Position numbers and translations under genes: made by a program
Notes under the pieces: model-generated
What the model was told of the DNA's origin: nothing
The model's database searches: none
Seen by the model: only the letters and a program-made list of their open reading frames with translations
In this document: in pieces, positions 25,951-38,800 of the stretch
Numbering within the stretch: the stretch's first letter is position 1
Layout of the letters: every line of letters starts with the position of its first letter
NCBI GenBank assembly: GCA_028023455.1
Contig: JAQFVV010000008.1
Location: 13,144,001 to 13,208,000, forward strand
Direction: 5' to 3'
Origin: Epiperipatus broadwayi
Taxonomy: Eukaryota > Animalia > Onychophora
DNA length: 64,000 bases

Positions 25951-28260
25951 TTTATGATCCAAGTTTTGAAACTAATAAAAATTTTACAGAATAAAAAAAA
26001 AAGCAAAACATTTTAGTTGCTGTAGTTGCACCATGTTGAATTGTTTACCAATAAAGCTATAAAAAAGTAATAAATATTCTATTAAATTTCAGAATAAATC
26101 TGTAAAATTAGTTATCTTAATTTAATAATCAATGAATTTTACTAGTGCAATGGCAGATTGTAATTCTATTTAAAAGATAATAAAGTTCTCTCACAGTACA
26201 TAATATTAAATCAGTTATGTTAAATATGAGAATATTACCATTCTTGCCACAAGATAAAGACTGAAAAAATAAGAATGACATCTTATTTTCAAACTTAAAT
26301 GCACTTATATAGGCCAATCTTAAGAGTCTTGAAATGAAAGCATGAATATATTAAATCATTCCCTTTACAGCTATTTCTTTTGATAATCTTATTAACACTT
26401 ATGAAATATTATAATTTACTTTGTGCTAATATTAGATGTTAAACCTCATTGATTTAATATTATGTATGGTGTTAGTGGGGGAAGTTTATTACCTTCTAAA
26501 TAGAATTCTCTTAATTTATCATAATTTTTACATTATTTATGTTATAAATATATTTTTAAAATTTTATTAATTCAATGTAAAATGTTTCCCAATAATATAT
26601 TTATAGGGAGTTCCCATATTGTTTCTGACCTTGAGCATTTAGAATACAATTTACTAACTTATTCCAGAGGCTTTATCTTTCTTTTTCCAATAAGATATTC
26701 TCTGCTTTCAATATACAGTTCAAAGAGGAATCATATAATAGTGAAAAAGAAAATCCTTACACTGAATGAGTATCACAATTACTATGTAATCATAATCATA
26801 ATTTGATATTGTCTGTTTATATTATCTATACTAAGATTTAATGATGTTTTTTTTTAATACTTTAAAAAGTATTGCTATATTAATTATCATTGTATCAGAA
26901 ACTGGGCAATGAATCATTGTGGGAATTTCCAAATTAAAATCTGATCTCTTTGACATTAGGATAAAATTGGGTACCAAAAAAGATTACTAATAATATTCTG
27001 CTTATTCTTTCTCTAGATCAGTTATAAGGCATTATTTACATCAGAGATCATCTGAAAACAGTTTGTCATAATGTAATACATCCATTAAAAACTAAAGTCA
27101 TTTCATGACAGAGATAATTTACCATATACCCACAGTGAGCAAATAAGTGAATATAAATACATTACAAAACAAATCACTTCAAGCTGAAGACCATGAATTC
27201 TTTATGAAAGTTAAACCAAATCAATTCCAAATATTACTTATTTTAACCAATATATTATTCAAAATATTATAGTCCATGACTTAAGGTAAGTTAGATTAAC
27301 TAAAAGAAAAACTAATTACAACCCCAATTTAAACAATGATTATTGAATTTTTTTGGGATATTATAGAGTTATATAGTTTCATTGATAGATTAGATTCCAT
27401 AAAAATTATTGAACAAAATTTAGTAAATAAAAAGATTAATGAATACACTATAAAATTTATCAATGATTTTCTAAAAGTTTATTGAAGACAATATAGCTAT
27501 TTAAAAAAAACCAATATGATAAAATATCTAAAAGTTATACCATGGATCTTCATATGGCTACATAAATTTGTTTCAATGTTAGTAATACTATAGATATTGA
27601 AATTTACATGAGATATACTGAAGATATGTTGTTTGTGAAAAGGAAGATCATATAAATGACTATGAATAAATTTAAAAAGTTAAATATTTAAAATGGATAA
27701 TTGGAATGTAACAGAATAAAAATATTATAGACATTGATATATCTGTGATAATATATGCTTGTTTATTGAAATATAATCTTAGTTAAGCCATTATAAGAAG
27801 GAGACTATATACATACTGTTAATCATAAATACCTATTGTACATAAAATGGCAAATCTTTTTTTGTTTTGGATGAAAAATTGTGACATTATGAAAGTGAGA
27901 AATCATAAAATACTACAAATTTTACAAAAGAGCTGATTGAAATAGGTTTAATAGTAGATGAATTATTTTGTTCTGTATGGTAACTTAAAAGGCAAAATAT
28001 TAATGATAAAAATGGTCATAGATTCCATATATTTCAAATGCTCAAGCTAACTTTATTACAAATATATATGAAAAATTAAATAATGCTTTATGTGTCCACC
28101 TAATGTTAATAGATTAATTTGAAAAATATATTACCTAAGAAACTAAATGTTATATATACTGGGTATCTGAGCTACAGTACTGAGAAATAATTAAAAGGAT
28201 ACCAGTTTTACATAAAAATATAGAAACTTAAAAAAAAAGATATACTATCAGCTTATAAAG

Positions 28261-28613
28261 TAAAGAGCAGCCTTTCAAGCTAATGTACATGCACTTTTTA
28301 TGAATATTAATACTAATAAATGAATACTTTCATTTCCAACACAAGATAAAGTCTTTTCGAAAGAATAGAATGAATCCACCTATTCTTCCAACCCAAATGC
28401 TTATATATGGGAAAATCTTAAGTACTGGAAATGAAAGCATGCGGATAAACCAATCACTTTAAATTACTTTTTATTATGTCTGAATAAATGACGCCCACAA
28501 AATTTTCTAGAATTTACAAAACGTCAATCTTGTGTTGGAAATGAAAGTATTCATTTATTAGTATTAATATTCATAAAAAGCACATGTATGTTAGCTTGAA
28601 AGGCTGATCTTTA
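28261..28613. mobile_element. MITE-like element with 87-bp inverted arms (28261-28347 / 28527-28613)
   Basis: The arms are reverse complements with few mismatches, and a related copy is at 14640-14800. Confidence 0.65.
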
Positions 28614-28949
28614 GTTTATTATAATTTATAAACATAGCGCTATATAAAATAAATGCCTCATTTACAAATATCAGCTTATGTTTTCTTTGATTATTTGACA
28701 CAATGTAATTTTAATCTGGCTAACATTAAATGTCTTCGTAACTGAAGAAAAAAAAATCAAGAAGGCATTTTTAATTAATAAGCTAGAATATAACATGATA
28801 ATGTTTACTTTTGGCTCATTTAAAATATCAATTGAAAAAAATAATAAACATAACTTTTTACAATTGTTATTACTAATACTTAAATTTAGTACTTAATAAT
28901 TTTATTTATTAATAGGACAATTATTAATTTATAATGGGTATTTTTATTT

Positions 28950-31620
28950 AATTTACACACAGAGGGAGACACAAATACATATACAAAATTAGAATATGTA
29001 GTATCATTAACTATTATCAATCTTCTGTGCATGAAAATTTTTATAAGCTTAACATAGTTTATACTATTCATTACTTTTTTTTCCAAATTATTTCAACAAA
29101 ATTTTTTATCTTATCTTTCATCTTTGCACATGGTATTTTTCTAGGTCTTTTACTTTATCTTGGGAACTAATTTAAATTTTCAGTTATTCATTTATTGATT
29201 TTTTTTTTACCTAGTAATATGTCCAATATTACTCTGTTTCAGCCTTTTTCTTTGAATGAGATTTGGAATATCTTTTTGTTTTCTTAACAATATATTTCGT
29301 TTTCAGACTTTCTTATCCTTAATGTATTTCTTTCTTTATTTCACTCACTGCTTTTTCTATTCTGCTTTTCTATTAAGTTTCCTTATCTCAAATCTACAAG
29401 AACATCCAAATAAAATACATTTATTAAAAATTTATCTTTTCAAGAATACAGACATATTTTCTTTTAAGTTATTTTTACCAAAAACTATTCACAATTTCAT
29501 ACTATGATTAATTTCATTGATTAAATTTCCATCTATATTAATAATATGACCAAATATTTTTAGTTGTTAATTTTTTATAATTCCTTACCATCAATTTCTA
29601 ATTTCATCTTTTTAGAAAAACCATTAAACATTAACTATTTTTAGCATTCATTTTTTGTCCATGTTTTTATTTTCATTTGATAGGACTTGTAACATTTCCT
29701 GCAATTTTGAAGCCTTATTTGTAAAAAACAATCATATCTAAAAAATGTAGATAAATTAAATAACCATTTATTTTTATTTCTTTAGTTTCTCATTTCCATC
29801 AAACTGCTGTAAAAAGTTTGAACATTCATATCAAATGACTGTACACATTTGTTATTACCAATCTTTTTAATGATTTCTTGTAGTATAATAACTGCTGTAG
29901 ATTATAATAAGTATTTGATAATGTTCTGGATCTTTGTCTTGATGCTTACACAACAAAAATGTTTAAAGAATCAAATCTAAAGAATAATGGCAGCTCATAC
30001 TCATTAGTTTTATCTAGGAACTTCTCTTAATACTTATATGTGATTTATTGTACTATAATCAGTTTGAAATCCAGCTTCTTTTTATTGATTTGGGTTCAAA
30101 GTTCTCTTTAGATGAGTTGTAATGATCTCAGTAAAGATATTTCATAAAAGAGTCAGAAGAATAGAACTGTAATTTCTAATATTTTATTTTTTGACATTTC
30201 TTAAATAGCATTACTGTATTTTTCCAATAGTATCTGATATATCTTTATGATTTAGATGTATGGAATTAACTTTTTAAACAACATTTTTTTCCTTTCACTG
30301 CTTTTTATTCCACCATTTTCTGGAGTTTTTATATCCTTCAAAAATGTAATGCATATCTCATTTCTATATATAAATATAATTTTTCATATCTCATTTCCTT
30401 ATTTAAAATACTGTGACTTTCAAAAGCCATAATCATAAGGACTACATTGTTTTTTTGTTCTTTGTTTCAATAAAGTTTTTTTGTAATAATTTTTCAATAT
30501 TTTATGGTATTACTGTTATTTTTTTTTTTAGCAATATTGGTAACTTTTTTTTTTGTTGCTGAAATAACTTTCTTCCAAGATCAAAATATTGTTTCATATT
30601 TTGAGATATTTGTTCTCTAATACTATCGCTTTTTTTACCATTTTGCAATTATATTTTCATATTTTATTATTAACTCTTCTCTTCTCCATATCATTTTACA
30701 GAATTTCTGATATTCAAATTTTCAAAATGGGTTACTTTTTAAATGAATTGCTGCTTTTTTGTATTGGCTGATTGAATAGAAGTTACTAGTAGAATGTCAG
30801 CATGTTCTTACTGATCTTATTCAAAGCTTGTTAATATTTCTAAATGATTTGAAAATTAAAGTTTATTTATTGGAATGTTTCTGAAGATTAGAGATAACAA
30901 TTGTATTTCTTAATAGATTTTGTCTCTTTAGTTTTGCATCACTAAATATTTTTACATTTAATTAAAATGATTTTTTTGTTGAATATATTTAAAACATTAC
31001 AATTTTAAAATTCATAGTTTCTATTAGCCAAAATATAATTTAATTCTTCTGTACCTTAATTTGAATCCATCCTTATCCATTTTCACTTAGCAGTTTTCTC
31101 AAAAAAAATTATTAATATACAGTTTTCTTTTTCTCCAATTTCACAATTCCTTTTTTCTATCATTTTTTTTATCATAACCAAATTTATCCACAATATTTTT
31201 ATCTTTCATTCATTTTGCAATTTTAGCATTAAAATCTCCCATGATAATTTTAGAATGTTTGATTTTATCAATAACATTTTTTACATCTATACCAAACCCC
31301 CCAACTTCCTGTTGAGGCTTAAACATGAGTAATTTGCATGTTGATATTTTCATTAAGTTGAATAATTAATCTTACCATTCTATGATATATCATATTCTTC
31401 ATAATATTGTTTCACTATCCTTTATTTATGATGAAAGTGACTCAATTTATGAGTCCAATATTTGTAACTTTGTAGTAAAGTGGATATTCACTTTACAAAT
31501 CAAGTGTCTTTTCACTTTTTCTTCTGAGAATATCCTATTTAATATTAAACAGTTCTTCCATTTATGCAATCTTTCTTCAATTTTCAAGTTATCTATAATT
31601 ATAAATAGCTAAATAAAAAG
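28950..31620 (-). mobile_element. Old, heavily decayed RTE LINE related to the copy at 4280-6262
   Basis: Minus strand shows KIIMGDFNAK (APE, ~31225), DPEHYQIL (~29920) and FTNKASKLQEMLQVLSNE (~29690). There is nucleotide similarity to 4340-4430 and 5580-5830. Confidence 0.75.
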
Positions 31621-34600
31621 TCTGCCTGAATCCACAATCAAGGAATTCTTAACACTGCCTTAGCTGATGGTTTTACAGCCTCCTTGAAATGAATGCTATA
31701 ATTTAGTTTACCATTAAGCATGGTTGTAAATATAAAAACAGAATTCACACATAAATGCACTCTTCTTGTTTCAAACCCAACTATTAATTAAAAACTATAA
31801 GACACCTGAGAATAAAGACCCTGATATTTTTTTGACAGTAAACTCATTGTTCTGGTGATGTACATTAATGAGCAGTTCATTTATGTTAATGTACCATATC
31901 AATAATCTGTGGTATTAATAACTATAACAAGAACATATGGAATGGATATTAAGTATTGGCCCTGCTCAATTTTATTAAGATTTCAAAGAAGAATCATAAA
32001 ATCTGCTTTCAGTTAAAAGTAGTCTTTTTATAGCTATATACATATGCTTCATAGATTAAACAGAATTACAGAAGAGGGGATAACACAATAAGTGCAGAAT
32101 TTACAAATAAAGTATTTGCTTGCAATCTTTATAAAAACTTTTTGATGATCCTGTATGACTACAAAATTTATAAATAAAGTGTATTTACTCCTATTCTATG
32201 CAAAAGAATTTGTGAAATTCTTCTGAAGGGAAGGGTTAGGAACTGATGTAATTAGATGAAGTTATTTAAGAAGTAAATAAATAGACAGTCTTTTTTTACG
32301 ACAAAAATTTTTTATTTTTAACTATGTAATAATTTGAAAATATTTTATTGCAACCATGTTTGTTTTTTATAAAAACTTTTTGATGATCCTGTATGAGATT
32401 CTAGCTTATTAAATCAATATCTTTTATTATCTTTTTTTTAAAGTTTAGATGTCCAAGATAAAGAAACTAAACATTTTGCAGCAATTTCTTAGAATATATT
32501 TTTAAAAAAGAGCCATCTAAAAAATGTGAACTAAACTCAGAAGAAATAATAATGCAGATTTTTAAAATTATTACAGAAAATTAGATATTATTAAATATAA
32601 GAGATCAAAGAAGATTAAGTGCATTATAAATGAAATAACAATTTTGATATTAGACAACATATGAAATACAGTAATAGCAGGATGAGAGTTGCTGTGGATA
32701 CAGAAGTTTGATGAAATATCAAAGATAAATCTTAACATAATAATATCAATGATTCTATAGATGTAATATAATTAATCTAAATTTATGATACTAGAAGGTG
32801 ATGCAAATATTATAAATATTGAAAAATACGATCTCTTAAAAACATATCAAATACAAAATGAGGACAATCCTATCACAGCATTAGGAAAAATTATTTACAG
32901 GGTTTAAAGTGTGAACAATGGCTAAAATTATTTAAAAATATTCAACACTTTGTCCATTATTCTTACAGTGCTTATATTTAAAAAAAAACTATATTCCTCC
33001 TAATGCACTTTTTGCAATGCTTCATTTAATTCTCCTAAAACAGTTTTGATTGCCTAACAGCCTTCTTTAGATTTCTCAATAATATATTATTTCATATTAC
33101 AAACTAATGATTTTTCCATAATTTGAAAGGGTGTGTGATTGTGAGATCTAAAGAATGATACTAGGTAATCAAACTATTATAGGGATAGTTAAATAAAGCA
33201 TTGTGGAATGTGCAATAAGAAGAATATAGTTTTCTAAAGATTAAAATTATTCATGTGAAGTTATGTATTTTGTATTATACAAAGTGTTTGGACATGAGAA
33301 TATGTTACATAAGAATATATTATTATCATGCCCTCTATTAATAAAAATCGAAATTATACATTATATTGTTGCTCAGAAAATTTAATGACAATAGTTTTCT
33401 TTATTAGGACAGTTTAGACTTTTTTTATTAACAGTATTTTCTCCCTAGTAGATGAAATTTGTTTAATTTTATGATAATTATTTAAAATTTTAATAACAAT
33501 AAATATTTAGTAGTTAGTGATTATATTTAATAATTAGGGAAGAAATAATATCATCATATAAAGTTTTCTGCAGAAAAAAATCATTGTAAAAGAAAAAAAA
33601 AACATGTATTTTTGTAATATAGATATTTAGCGAAATACTAAAAATCCTGAGAATAAAAATTATCTAATCAAATATTAAAAGAAAGATAAACTATGAGTTC
33701 AGAAATCATAAAAGTAGACTAGTTATGAATACCACATCATATTATAATCTTTTTTTTTTTTTTACAATACTAGTCTGAACAATTCAATCTAACCTGAAAT
33801 CTCTCTTCTCTATAGTTAAATATTTATTTTAGAGACCAATATTGTATATCTAGCCAACTGAATACTTGAAAAAAAAAATCTAAGCCTGCTTATGACTTTA
33901 AAAAAATTCAAATTCTGCAAGCCCAGATTTGAATCTCAGGTCATAAACATGCCATCCAGATGAACTAATTACTATGCTTCTTTAAACCAAAAAAATGTCT
34001 GTATTAAAAATTCTAGCACAATTCTAATTAAATATTGCATATGATCTGAGTTTGAATTCAGGTCTGGCTAATAAATAGAATGAAAATCTTAGTTTTATTA
34101 AGTAAAACTCTGAACTTAATCTGGGATGATCAGAAAGTCATTGAGTTGATTGCAAAAATAAAAATAACACAAATGTAATATAACTTACAACTAGTGTTTT
34201 GTCAAGACACACTCCTAAGGATATTTTGCCTTTTATATATAAAGATAATTTTTTTTATATAAAATTATTGATAAAAAACAACATTATACTAAAAATATTT
34301 ATCATAAAACTATCTGATTATAAAATTATGTAAATATGAACTGTCAGAGCATAGACATAATTAATGTATTTTATTTGAAATGTGAAATTTTGGAATCTAA
34401 ATAAACCATTTATGAATTAAATCTGGAATGCATGATCAGAATCTTTAACACTATTAAGTGAGGAACCAGAGGAAAGGGATGATTAATAAATTACACTAGA
34501 ATTTTTTTTAGTTTTTAAAATTCATACCTGAATGACTTATAATTGCAACAAAGTGTCTTCTCACATCTTTTTTACTATATTCCAATTATTTCTATATTAA

Positions 34601-36139
34601 AATGTTTTTGTCTTTTTATTGCTTTATAAAGTGATTGTATTTTTTTATATATACAAATTCTTGAGATAATAAAGCTGACTTGTTCATAGATAGATTGGTT
34701 TATAAATGCATACTACACATTTATTAACACCAACAACCTTCAGTCTTCTGTCAAGGCAATCTTTTATTTATAAGAGAAAGTGATATCATGTTTCTATCTG
34801 TCTAAGATAGTAATGTAGACACTAAAGATTGACACTGGATTATAACAAATTGAGATTTTTAATTCATACAAAAAAAGTAGACCAATAAGTAGTTATTTTT
34901 AAATTTAAAATTCCACTGCTACTGATTATTGTTAAAATAATAAAATTGATTTTGAATGGCATGAAAGTAGCCAACACTTATCAACACCAATAATTTTCAC
35001 TATTAGATCAGAAAAAAAAAAACATCTTCCTTTATAAATAAAAGATTGCCTTGATGGCAGATTAAAAATTCTTGATGTTGATAAAGATTAGCTGTTTCAG
35101 GTGATTTAAATTTTTAATTGTATTTTTATAGCTTGATTTACTTAAATATCCATGTAGATAACATGCTGCACATTTTGTCATTTAAATCTAATCAGTTTAT
35201 AGGAGCCAAAATTTAAATCAACTTGAATTTTTTAAAAACTCAATGTTTGATTTTAAAAAATTAATAAATTAAATAAAAATAGGATGGGTGTTAATGGTTC
35301 AATTTTGTATTGGAAAATATTTACACAGAATCCATTTTAATATAACATAGTTTTCCAATTCTTTAGTTGAGTTGGTGCAACTTTTATTCTATTTTAAAAA
35401 GTTAATTCTATCAAATAAATTATAAATATTTGAATATTCTTTAGCTGACAAATATTTCAAATCATTATGAATAAAATTGCTTATAGCTTTTATATTTTCT
35501 ATTTTTTTAATGTTATTTTTATTTATTTTTCTGCATTGCTCTTCTTGTTACTAATTAAATTTAAATTTATAATGCTTCTGAAACAAAAGCACCATCAGTG
35601 ATGGAACAATTATTGCAGCATCATTCCATCCTCCATTAATTATCAACATTATTTCATTATTTATCATCAATACTTTATCTCAATGAAAATACAACTTTGC
35701 TTTTAATTCATGTTATATTTTTATACATAATTATTATTCTGTTCATTGTAAAATAAATTTCTTGCCGAGTATCAAAATAGTAATAAGATAAGTGATAATG
35801 ATATAAAATATTATTACCAGTCAAAGAGTTTTTTAATTTATTTTCATCTACTTATTTGATGAAATTAATTTTTTTTTAAATAAAATAGGCACTGATAAAA
35901 GTGAGATGGTTTTTTTTTTTTTTCTATTTGCTTTATATCTGAAACTAATTTAGAAATCTTTAATTCTATATTTACTTAGTCTTATGATCAGACTATATTT
36001 TTCAGAGCATTTAAGCATTAGCAACAATAAGTGATATATTAACAAATTCACCACTTCCTTTATTTTGCTGTAATATCTTATATAAATGTAATTTATCCAC
36101 TCTACTTTGAACAGTTTTTAGCAAAAACCTTTTATTGTA

Positions 36140-36240
36140 CATATATGCATACAGTCTCACATTCCAACTGTCCTGCAGTCTTAGTGACTCTGAAGAAGAC
36201 TGCAGGACAGTCGAAATGTAATACTGTGTATGAATATATG
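36140..36240. repeat. Imperfect inverted repeat (core 36168-36182 / 36196-36210 perfect) just downstream of the GPCR stop
   Basis: CTGTCCTGCAGTCTT is the exact reverse complement of AAGACTGCAGGACAG. Similarity extends with mismatches about 30 nt further each side. Confidence 0.8.
36185..36225 (+). ncRNA. Hammerhead motif, C3-G8 core, antisense to the GPCR
   Basis: CTGAAGA(36190-36196)-A-GACTG/CAGTC stem II-GAAA(36213-36216)-TGTA (probably ACGTA after CpG decay). Helix I is poor. Confidence 0.6.
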
Positions 36241-36500
36241 AATAAATGATAGTTATAATAGTCACTCAAGTTCCATTGATAGATGTTTAGTCACTTTTTT
36301 TTTCTGCTTTCAATTTTTCTATTGAATAAAATTAATCTTTTATATAATGTTCAAAAAAAGACCATATTAATCAGGTTATTTATACTTTAATATAGAATTA
36401 AAATGTCGAAAAACGACAACAAATATAAGGAGGATAATTTGTTATCTATTAATATGACTGTTAAAACAACAAAACAAGTGTGGATTTAGAAATTGTAGTT

Positions 36501-38540
36501 TCATTTACAGATAATTAAAAAAAAAGACTTTACCTTTTTAATTTGCAGAAGTTTTTCCTGATTTTCTTTTGAATCCTTATTAAAGTTTTTCCCTTTTGGC
36601 TCACACAAATCATCAACCGGAGCAGTAATTAGTGAAAGTTTATTTCGATTTCTCCAAGTTCTTTTATTTTTAATGTTGATAGGATTGATACTATTTTGTT
36701 TTTTTGTACTAGCATTTTTTAAATCATTTTTTCCAATTTTTGAATTTTTATTTGTGAATTTTTTATCGTGATGAAATGAAACCCCAACTCCATCCGAAAC
36801 AATTGTGGCATGTTTGTTAGCTAAACTTATTAAGTCGTCAGGTCTAGCATTATCACCAACATTATTTATCACTTTATCGCAACAATTATTTAAGGTATTA
36901 TTGGCATGGCAAATTAATTGATTAGAAATGGAAATATTTTCTTTCTCAGAAAAGAAATGCGTTTCTGCAGAATCTGGAGAATGATTCAACCGAATTTTGG
37001 ATTTAGTTTTTATATAAGGAAGAGTATAGGCTGAATAATTTTTAATCTTAGAGTTGTCATCATTATCACTAGTATCTATTTTCTCTTTGTACTCTGTGAT
37101 TAATTCTAAAGTGTTGAGATTATTATGATAAATTTTTGATTCTTGAAAACTTCCTCTGCCCGAATCTTGTAATTTTTGGCTATCTTTGCCAACACTTTCT
37201 TTTGCTACTATTTCATTATTATGATTCATCGAAGAATTTTCAGTGATATATATGCAACTTTGTATCTTGTCGTTAAAACTAGAATAATCACTTTTGCTTA
37301 GGGAATTATAATCGCTAGTAAAAGATTCATCATCCATTCCATCTATATGTTCTTTGCTGCTTTTGACATCACATCGTATTACCTTACTTTCCTTTGCAGT
37401 ATTGCCGATAGATTGGTCATTTTCTTTCCATGTACGAAGATGCAAGCCATTAGAAGTCGCAAATAAAACTGGTACAGTAAAACTTATAGCTTGAATATCT
37501 CGGTTATTGTGAAAATTATCTTTTCCCTCGCGAGTTATCCTTAATAAAAAGCTATCAATGATTACATTTTTCTTACCGCATTGAACTACATTTTTAAACT
37601 TTTGATTCAAGTCTTTGCAAAACGCTAACGCTAAACATGGTAAAACGCAGGGATATGCTAATTTCATCCACGTTAAAATTATTTTTATTTTAGTATAAGA
37701 AAATTCATAAGTAGAAAGCCAATTTGAATTTTCTATTTGATTGCTTAGATCTGTACTATTAAATACTGCAATAAAAAATGGAGTTTGCAAAATAGTACAC
37801 AAAATAATTAACAAACAAACCGCACGACTTCCTAAAATTTCAGAACTATCAGTCTCTTTGACAATATTGGCACAATCCTCTAAATTTTTCTGAGAATGAA
37901 GCAAATTTTTAAAAAATAGAATACGTATAAAAATAAACGATGCCACGGCAAAATTGAAAAAAGGAATTAATATACAAATACAAACAGAAATTGAAAAATA
38001 AATCTTAGCAGTCTGGTGTCCAAAGTAACAAATATGTAGTTCAGGAAACCGTCGAATGGAAATCATGCTTCCGATGAAAGGAGAAGAAAGGCAGAATCCT
38101 AGTAACCAAGCTAGAGAAATGACTATATAACTGTGTGAAAGAGGAAATTTATATTTAAAATTGAATGGACCCACAATGACCAATAAACGTTCATAACATA
38201 ATACCATTAAAGCCAAAACTGTTTCAAAACTGCATAGACACATAAAAAATGCATTAGTTTGGCACGCGGTAAGATTAGAAAACAAACTATTATTTACACT
38301 TTCCCATAAAATTAAAAAAATATTAGTAGCACTATCCAAAACATTGATAGTTGCTTGATTAATTAATAATACATTTAAGACAATAATTTTTAAATGAGTT
38401 TTGCTGCAGATAGCAATTATGATGACGATATTTCCAGAAAATCCAATAACAAAAAATAAAATTAAAAGAGTAAGACGAAATGCTTTTCCGGCTGATAAAG
38501 ATTCTGACATATCCGTGGAGTTGGAAAAATTAAACATCAT
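36501..38540 (-). CDS. Class A (rhodopsin-like) orphan GPCR, 679 aa, single open reading frame, ~370-aa C-terminal tail
   Basis: Uninterrupted 2040-nt ORF in 70+% AT DNA with seven hydrophobic segments. N-terminal NFS/NST glycosylation sites, TM1 GN, TM3 Cys and ERL at the DRY position, TM4 W..P, ECL2 Cys, TM5 Pro and TM6 Pro. Confidence 0.93.
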   Translation of the reverse strand: MMFNFSNSTDMSESLSAGKAFRLTLLILFFVIGFSGNIVIIIAICSKTHLKIIVLNVLLINQATINVLDSATNIFLILWESVNNSLFSNLTACQTNAFFMCLCSFETVLALMVLCYERLLVIVGPFNFKYKFPLSHSYIVISLAWLLGFCLSSPFIGSMISIRRFPELHICYFGHQTAKIYFSISVCICILIPFFNFAVASFIFIRILFFKNLLHSQKNLEDCANIVKETDSSEILGSRAVCLLIILCTILQTPFFIAVFNSTDLSNQIENSNWLSTYEFSYTKIKIILTWMKLAYPCVLPCLALAFCKDLNQKFKNVVQCGKKNVIIDSFLLRITREGKDNFHNNRDIQAISFTVPVLFATSNGLHLRTWKENDQSIGNTAKESKVIRCDVKSSKEHIDGMDDESFTSDYNSLSKSDYSSFNDKIQSCIYITENSSMNHNNEIVAKESVGKDSQKLQDSGRGSFQESKIYHNNLNTLELITEYKEKIDTSDNDDNSKIKNYSAYTLPYIKTKSKIRLNHSPDSAETHFFSEKENISISNQLICHANNTLNNCCDKVINNVGDNARPDDLISLANKHATIVSDGVGVSFHHDKKFTNKNSKIGKNDLKNASTKKQNSINPINIKNKRTWRNRNKLSLITAPVDDLCEPKGKNFNKDSKENQEKLLQIKKVKSFFLIICK

Positions 38541-38589
38541 TCTGAGAATTATATAGTTCGAATCATTTTGGATTAAATATTAGAAAAAA

Positions 38590-38800
38590 TAGCGCGCACA
38601 CATTCAAAAAATATTTTAAAACTCTAATGCGATGGTTAGTTTAAAAAAAAAAAACCCACGAGTCTGAGTTTGTTTCAACTCTGTGTCTATCCATTAAGCG
38701 TCTTGGCAACCAGCATCAATGGCGAGTAGTTGTCACGTGATTTATGCGTGTTTGAATTATGCCGAGAAAGTAGTTACCGACTCTTTTGCGGCTAAATTAG
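38590..38800 (-). promoter_or_regulatory. CpG-retaining putative promoter/5' region of the GPCR with palindromic E-box TCACGTGA (38733-38740)
   Basis: Local enrichment of CG dinucleotides directly upstream of the ORF. The CACGTG is seen directly; its function is inferred. Confidence 0.4.

Noticed and set aside
27180-27220. CTGAAGA-CC-ATGAA/TTTAT-GAAA hammerhead-like string
   Set aside because: Needs a 2-nt insertion and has no helix I; compatible with chance in AT-rich DNA.
27200-28200. Possible very old Gypsy RT-RNase H remnant (LKEKLITTPI)
   Set aside because: A single short motif is insufficient to call.
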